Of a stretch of 64,000 nt of DNA, positions 59,752 to 64,000 are shown in pieces; within the stretch, counting starts at the first letter, position 1, and the number at the start of each line of letters is the position of its first letter. The position numbers and the translations under genes were made by a program. Origin of the DNA: Deltaproteobacteria bacterium (GTDB lineage: Bacteria; Desulfobacterota; Desulfarculia; Adiutricales; Adiutricaceae); assembly GCA_031254895.1 (NCBI GenBank), contig JAIRTO010000324.1:13-64012 (forward strand). Direction: 5' to 3'. Below the pieces are notes generated by a model. The model ran no database searches, was not told the origin of the DNA, and was given only the letters and a program-made list of their open reading frames with translations.

Positions 59752-61823
59752 CCAGCAAATACAAGATATTCGCTTTGATTTTCTTGCCGGCCTCCTTGGC
59801 CGTCGTTTTCGGTCTGGCCTTGGTTCAGCAGAAAAACAAGGACTTGAGCGCCCGGCAGTTTGAAGAGCAGCTGAAAAATCAGTGGCGTCTCGTCTCCATC
59901 ATCCAGCGAACCTCGCTCGATTCGGAGCGGTTCAAAGCGGTCGGCGACGAGCTCGGTCTGCGGGTCAGTCTCATCGATCGCCATGGGGTCGTCAATTTCG
60001 ACAACGGCGGCCAAGACGAGGTTTTGGAAGATCACAGCCAGCGGGAGGAAGTCCGCAACGCCTTTCTCGGCGCGCCGACCATGTCCGCCAGGCGCAGCGC
60101 CACCACCGGCTTGTACACCATCTACTACGCCGATAAGCTGAGCGACGATCTCGTTCTCCGGGTCGCCTATCCGGCCGATTATTACCAACGCCAGGAGGGG
60201 GCTCTCCTGGCTCAGACGTTTTCGGGCCTGACGGGACTCATCGTCGCCGTGGCCGTCTTCGCCTTCCTGGTTTCGCGCTCGACCGGCCGGACTCTGCAGG
60301 AGCTGAGCCGGGCCGTCGCGGCAGCCGAAAAAGGCAGTCTGGTTCTGCAAACTTTCGGCGCCGAATCGCTGGATTCGGCGCTCCATTCCCTCAGCGCGGC
60401 GACCAGAGAGCTGAAGCAGTCCGGCGAGCGGAACGCCGCTTTGAACGCCCGGCTCCTATACATTCTCGGGGCCATCCAAGAGGGCGTGATCTTGATTCAA
60501 GACCAGAGCGTCGTCTTTGCCAACGACAAGGCTTCGGAAATTCTGAATAGTCAGGTTCCGAAGAGTCTTTCGGAAATAAACAAGGCCGATTTGCTGGCCG
60601 TCTTCGAAAGCCTGACCGGCCCTAATCCGCCCGCCGAACTGAACGTCGGCGGCCGGATCGTCTCGGCGAGCCGTCACCGCGCCGATCAGACCACTTTGAT
60701 CATTTTGCGCGACATTTCGGATCGAATCAGGTACAGCGGCTACAAATCCGATCTGGTGGCCAACATTTCCCATGAGCTCAAAACTCCGCTGGCTCTGATC
60801 ATGGCCGTCAGCGAGGTTCTGGCCAAAGACTCGGAGATGCCGGCGGAGAAGAGGGAAAAGTTTTTGAAGACCGTTCATGGCAACGCGAAGAGACTGAACT
60901 CTCTTTTGGACGATCTCATCGCCTTGCACAAGCTGGAATCGACCCAAGAAGTGGAGGCGTCCCAAAGCGATCTGGAAGAAATAGCCGCCGACGTCGCCGG
61001 TCTCGTCGATCCCAAGGACAAGCGGATCGACTGGTTCTGCGACAAAGGACAGGTCAACATAAACTCCAGTCACGTGGCCAGCGTGCTCGTCAATCTCATC
61101 AGCAACGCCGTCAAATATTCTCAAGGGCCGAACGTCGAAGTTTCTCTAAAACGTCTCGGCCGCGAGCTCGAAATAACCGTGTCGGATCATGGGCCGGCCA
61201 TCCCCGTCTCCGAGCGGGAACGCATCTTCGAGAGATTTTATTCTCTGTCCGCCTCCCGAAACCGGGAAAACTCCGGCTCCGGCTTGGGTCTTTCCATCGT
61301 CAAACATATCGCCAGACTGTACGGGGGCCAGGCCCAGCTCCTTTCCGGCGAGTCGTCAGGCCCAAGCGGATCGTCAGGCAACGTCTTCAGAGTCACGTTG
61401 ACGGAAAAAGCCGACGGCGCTTTCGGCGAACCAGCCGACGAAACGGCTGGGGAATATGTCGGCGAATCTGTCGGAGAAACGGCCGGGGAAACGACAATGG
61501 AGTCTGCCGACGAAACCGCCAACGAAGCGTCTGGGAAAACTGTAGGCGAATCTGTCCACGAAACGACCGTGGAATCCGCCGGGGAAACGGTCAACGAAAC
61601 GGTTGGGAAAACTGCCGACGAAACAACCGGCCAAACGGCCAACGAAGCGGCTGGGGAAACTTTCGGAGAACCAGCCGACGAAACGGCCGGGGAATTTGTT
61701 GGCGAACTAGCCGACGAATCTGTCAGAGAAACGGCCGGAGAAACGACCCTGAAGTCTGCCGGCGAAATCGCCAATGAAGCGGCTGGGGAAACTTTGGGCG
61801 GATCTGCCGACAAAACGGATTGA
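59748..61823 (+). CDS. phoR: PhoR-like sensor histidine kinase with a 33-unit tetrapeptide-repeat C-terminal tail
   Basis: ATGA overlap with phoB. N-terminal TM segment, a PAS-like region, H-box ISHELKTPLALI and an HATPase domain (LISNAVKYS, DHGPAIP, GSGLGLSIVKHIA). The catalytic core ends near FRVTLTEKA at about 61410. Confidence 0.85.
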   Translation: MTSKYKIFALIFLPASLAVVFGLALVQQKNKDLSARQFEEQLKNQWRLVSIIQRTSLDSERFKAVGDELGLRVSLIDRHGVVNFDNGGQDEVLEDHSQREEVRNAFLGAPTMSARRSATTGLYTIYYADKLSDDLVLRVAYPADYYQRQEGALLAQTFSGLTGLIVAVAVFAFLVSRSTGRTLQELSRAVAAAEKGSLVLQTFGAESLDSALHSLSAATRELKQSGERNAALNARLLYILGAIQEGVILIQDQSVVFANDKASEILNSQVPKSLSEINKADLLAVFESLTGPNPPAELNVGGRIVSASRHRADQTTLIILRDISDRIRYSGYKSDLVANISHELKTPLALIMAVSEVLAKDSEMPAEKREKFLKTVHGNAKRLNSLLDDLIALHKLESTQEVEASQSDLEEIAADVAGLVDPKDKRIDWFCDKGQVNINSSHVASVLVNLISNAVKYSQGPNVEVSLKRLGRELEITVSDHGPAIPVSERERIFERFYSLSASRNRENSGSGLGLSIVKHIARLYGGQAQLLSGESSGPSGSSGNVFRVTLTEKADGAFGEPADETAGEYVGESVGETAGETTMESADETANEASGKTVGESVHETTVESAGETVNETVGKTADETTGQTANEAAGETFGEPADETAGEFVGELADESVRETAGETTLKSAGEIANEAAGETLGGSADKTD
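61422..61817 (+). repeat. 12-nt periodic repeat x33, read in frame as (A/V/T)(G/D/N)E(T/S) tetrapeptides; 240-nt higher-order duplication
   Basis: FGEP ADET AGEY VGES VGET AGET TMES ADET ANEA ... The block FGEPADETAGE(Y/F)VGE recurs at 61422 and 61662. Two minus-strand frames are also open across it. Confidence 0.9.
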
Positions 61824-62212
61824 TTCGTAGATTTTCGCAATCGGCTTTTGATATGCCGGAGACCGGCGATATTGGCCTATTTTCGTTTCGGTTCTGCTGA
61901 AGATGGAAAGCTGTTGAGAGATTCAAAAAAGATTTTTCCTTCGGCAGCTGACATTGTTCCATTGGCGTCGCCTCGCTCGGAGGCCGGTCAGCCGTTAGCC
62001 GTCACCAGTCGCCAGTAGCCAGTCTCTAGCCTCCAAACCCTAGTTTCTAGTCTCTAACCCCTTTTCTCCCGTCACGCCTTCCTCCTCGGCCAGTCCTTTC
62101 CGCTGGCGGCAATAAATCCCAAAATATCCCCAACTATCCCTATTTTCTGTATATCACCCAGAAAAAGACGTCTCCGTTCGGGCTATTATTCTTCTGACCA
62201 GGTTCAGTTTCA

Positions 62213-62400
62213 GACGCGAGCCGACGCGAGCCGACAGAGCCGACCGAGCCGACCGAGTCGACCGAGCCGCATGAGTCAACCGAGTCGAACGAGTCGGTCG
62301 AGCCAACCGAGCTGACTGAGCCTGTTGAGCCGGCTGAGCCGAACCGAGCGAGCGAACAAACAGAACAGACAGAACATGAAGACAAACAGAGCAGACAGGA
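62213..62400. repeat. Stutter arrays (gaccgagcc-type 9-nt words, then acagaacag words)
   Basis: gcgagccgacgcgagccgacagagccgaccgagccgaccgagtcgaccgagccgc...gagtcgaacgagtcggtcgagccaaccgagctgactgagcc...caaacagaacagacagaacatgaagacaaacagagcagacagg. Confidence 0.8.
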
Positions 62401-62507
62401 CTTACATAACCGACTTAGCCGAACGAGGTAAAAGTGAACAGCTTATAAATTTTATCGGTCAGCAAATTCCGGTTAGTAAAATTCTCGAACCGAAATGCGC
62501 CGCCAAA

Positions 62508-62525
62508 CTTTACAACTATTTTACC
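62508..62525 (+). promoter_or_regulatory. Pho-box candidate CTTTACA-ACTA-TTTTACC upstream of pstS
   Basis: It has the same 7-4-7 architecture and TTTAC(A/C) half-sites as the pstC box, and lies 123 bp upstream of the pstS ATG. Confidence 0.45.
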
Positions 62526-62647
62526 TGGTCTTAAAAGCCATTTGACCCTGAAGGCATAAGATAGTCGCAACTTCAAGCCGCTATCGTCCGGCTGTCAAAA
62601 ATATGACGCCTTTTGTGGCGTCCGAAATCAACCTGCGAGGTATTTAC

Positions 62648-63649
62648 ATGAAAAAGTCGTTATTGGCTCTGGTCTTGGGATTGTCGCTGCTCCTGCCTGG
62701 CTTGGCTTCGGCCAGGGACGTCACCGGAGCCGGAGCGTCTTTCCCTTATCCCATCTATTCGGCCTGGGCCTACAGCTATGAAAAGGAGACCGAAGTCAAG
62801 GTTAATTATCAGTCCATTGGCTCGGGCGGCGGCCTCAAGCAGGTCGGCGAGGGAACCGTCGATTTCGGCGCCTCCGACGATCCCCAGACGTCGGCGGATT
62901 TGGAGAAGGCCGGCTTAATTCAGTTTCCGGCCGTCTTGGGCGGCGTCGTGGCCATAATCAATGTGGACGGCGTGGCCAACAACCAGATGGTTCTGACCGG
63001 CAAGATTCTGGCCGACATCTTTCAGGGGATCATCAGCAAATGGAACGATCCCGCCCTCGCCGCCTTGAACCCAGGCCTAAAGCTGCCGGACGAAACCATC
63101 AACGTCGTCTACCGTTCCGACAGCTCCGGGACGTCGGCCATTTTCACCAATTACCTCTCCTTGTCGTCTCCGGAGTGGAAAAATGCCGTCGGGGCCGGCA
63201 AATCGGTCAACTGGCCGGTCGGGGTGGGGCAGAAAGGGAACGACGGCGTGGCCGGTTCGGTCAAAAGGATCAAAAACAGCATCGGCTATGTCGAGTACGC
63301 CTACGCCTCTGAAAACCGGATAGTCTGGACCAGTCTCGTCAACAAAGCCGGGAAGACCGTCGTCCCGTCCATAGAATCTTTCGCCTCGGCGGCCAGCAAC
63401 GCCCAATGGGATGCTGGTAAGGATTATTTCCTGTGGCTGGTCGACGAAAGCGGAGACGATTCTTGGCCCATCGCGGCGGCCACCTTCATTTTGATCCGAA
63501 AAGACAAACCGGAAGCCTTGGAATCGGTGACCAAATTCTTCGATTGGTGTTTCCAAAATGGAGACGCCCAGGCGGAGGATTTGCAGTATGTGCCTCTGCC
63601 GTCCTCTCTCAAGGACGACATCCGGCAATATTGGCGGAAGGCTCGCTAA
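62648..63649 (+). CDS. pstS: Phosphate ABC transporter substrate-binding protein PstS
   Basis: I start at ATG 62648 (signal peptide MKKSLLALVLGLSLLLPGLASA). TGAGASFPYPIYSAWAYSYEKETEVKVNYQSIGSGGG is canonical PstS. Confidence 0.93.
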   Translation: MKKSLLALVLGLSLLLPGLASARDVTGAGASFPYPIYSAWAYSYEKETEVKVNYQSIGSGGGLKQVGEGTVDFGASDDPQTSADLEKAGLIQFPAVLGGVVAIINVDGVANNQMVLTGKILADIFQGIISKWNDPALAALNPGLKLPDETINVVYRSDSSGTSAIFTNYLSLSSPEWKNAVGAGKSVNWPVGVGQKGNDGVAGSVKRIKNSIGYVEYAYASENRIVWTSLVNKAGKTVVPSIESFASAASNAQWDAGKDYFLWLVDESGDDSWPIAAATFILIRKDKPEALESVTKFFDWCFQNGDAQAEDLQYVPLPSSLKDDIRQYWRKAR

Positions 63650-63814
63650 AGGGGCGTCAAAAGCGCCGAAGCGACTTTATTGGAAAAATGGCCGGGCGAG
63701 TCGGGAGGCGCCTGAAAAGGCCCGGCCGGTTTTATGGTCCTCGTCTCCCGAAGGGGGAAAGAGGAGGCGCCGCCCAGGCAAGGTTTCGTCTGGTAAAGGC
63801 ATTTTGGCTGAAAA

Positions 63815-63848
63815 CTGCGGATCGGCAAAAGATCCGCAGTTTTTTTTT
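63815..63848 (+). terminator. Rho-independent terminator after pstS
   Basis: CTGCGGATC-ggcaaaa-GATCCGCAG (9-bp perfect stem) followed by T9. Confidence 0.85.
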
Positions 63849-64000
63849 GGGCTCTGGCGAACGTCGGAAAATTTCTGGAGGCGGGGGAGAAAGGGCGAGG
63901 TGCGCGGCGATAAAACGCTGGAGAGGGAAAGGGCTCTGGCGAACGGCGGAAAATTGCTGGAGGCGCGGGGAAAAAGGCGGGGCGCGCGGCGAAAAAAAAA
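63849..64000. repeat. Direct repeat of about 67-70 bp with 82-bp period, two copies, running off the window end
   Basis: gggctctggcgaacgtcggaaaatttctggaggcgggggagaaagggcgaggtgcgcggcgataaaa at 63849, and gggctctggcgaacggcggaaaattgctggaggcgcggggaaaaaggcggggcgcgcggcgaaaaa at 63931. Confidence 0.85.

Noticed and set aside
62140-62385. 81-aa Ser/Val/Gly-rich minus-strand ORF; also 61238-61840 (minus) and 54782-54988 (plus)
   Set aside because: These are reading frames kept open only by 3n-periodic stutter repeats, with no start context and no protein-like composition.
62581-62598. E. coli-type Pho box CTATCGT-CCGG-CTGTCAA just upstream of pstS
   Set aside because: It has a 7-4-7 layout, but the first half-site is poor, the spacer is GC-rich and no -10 lies at the right distance. 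The TTTACA-type element at 62508-62525 matches the pstC box much better.

Overview
This is a 64-kb chromosomal segment from a moderately GC-rich bacterium. The gene content (rubredoxin, rubrerythrin-like protein, flavodiiron protein) suggests an anaerobe, possibly Desulfobacterota-like, but that placement is only a guess. I call about 42 protein genes. From left to right they are: a LivJ-like binding protein; groES-groEL; an orphan PUA/EVE-like protein; an S1 protease and an M48/TPR protease; a NEW3-domain envelope protein; an RND efflux pair (MFP plus AcrB-like pump); a chemosensory cluster (REC-like, cheA, cheW, cheR, cheB, degenerate GGDEF); GT2; a CbpA-like J-protein; lysC; tsaE; rlmE; an MFS transporter; an O-methyltransferase; a LysR regulator; ppx/gppA; guaB; dnaE; a heptose kinase; pth; a rubredoxin / rubrerythrin-like / flavodiiron / ybaK operon; a HAD-UbiA fusion; and a phosphate locus (pstC-pstA-pstB-phoU-phoB-phoR, with pstS displaced downstream). 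I found no rRNA, tRNA or CRISPR array. Two things stand out. (1) The chemosensory cluster looks rewired around c-di-GMP. CheA carries four tandem MshEN/T2SSE_N-type motifs in place of P2, and its P1-like region has no canonical phospho-acceptor His. The last gene is a GGDEF-like protein with SEEEV instead of GGDEF but an intact RxxD I-site. No MCP or canonical CheY is in the window. (2) Coding density is unusually low, about 72 percent by my hand tally. Nearly every spacer, including spacers inside conserved operons, is filled with locus-specific degenerate short tandem 'stutter' repeats. These repeats also run in frame into several proteins, most strikingly a 33-unit tetrapeptide tail on PhoR. 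All functional calls rest on motif recognition by eye, and no database search was run.
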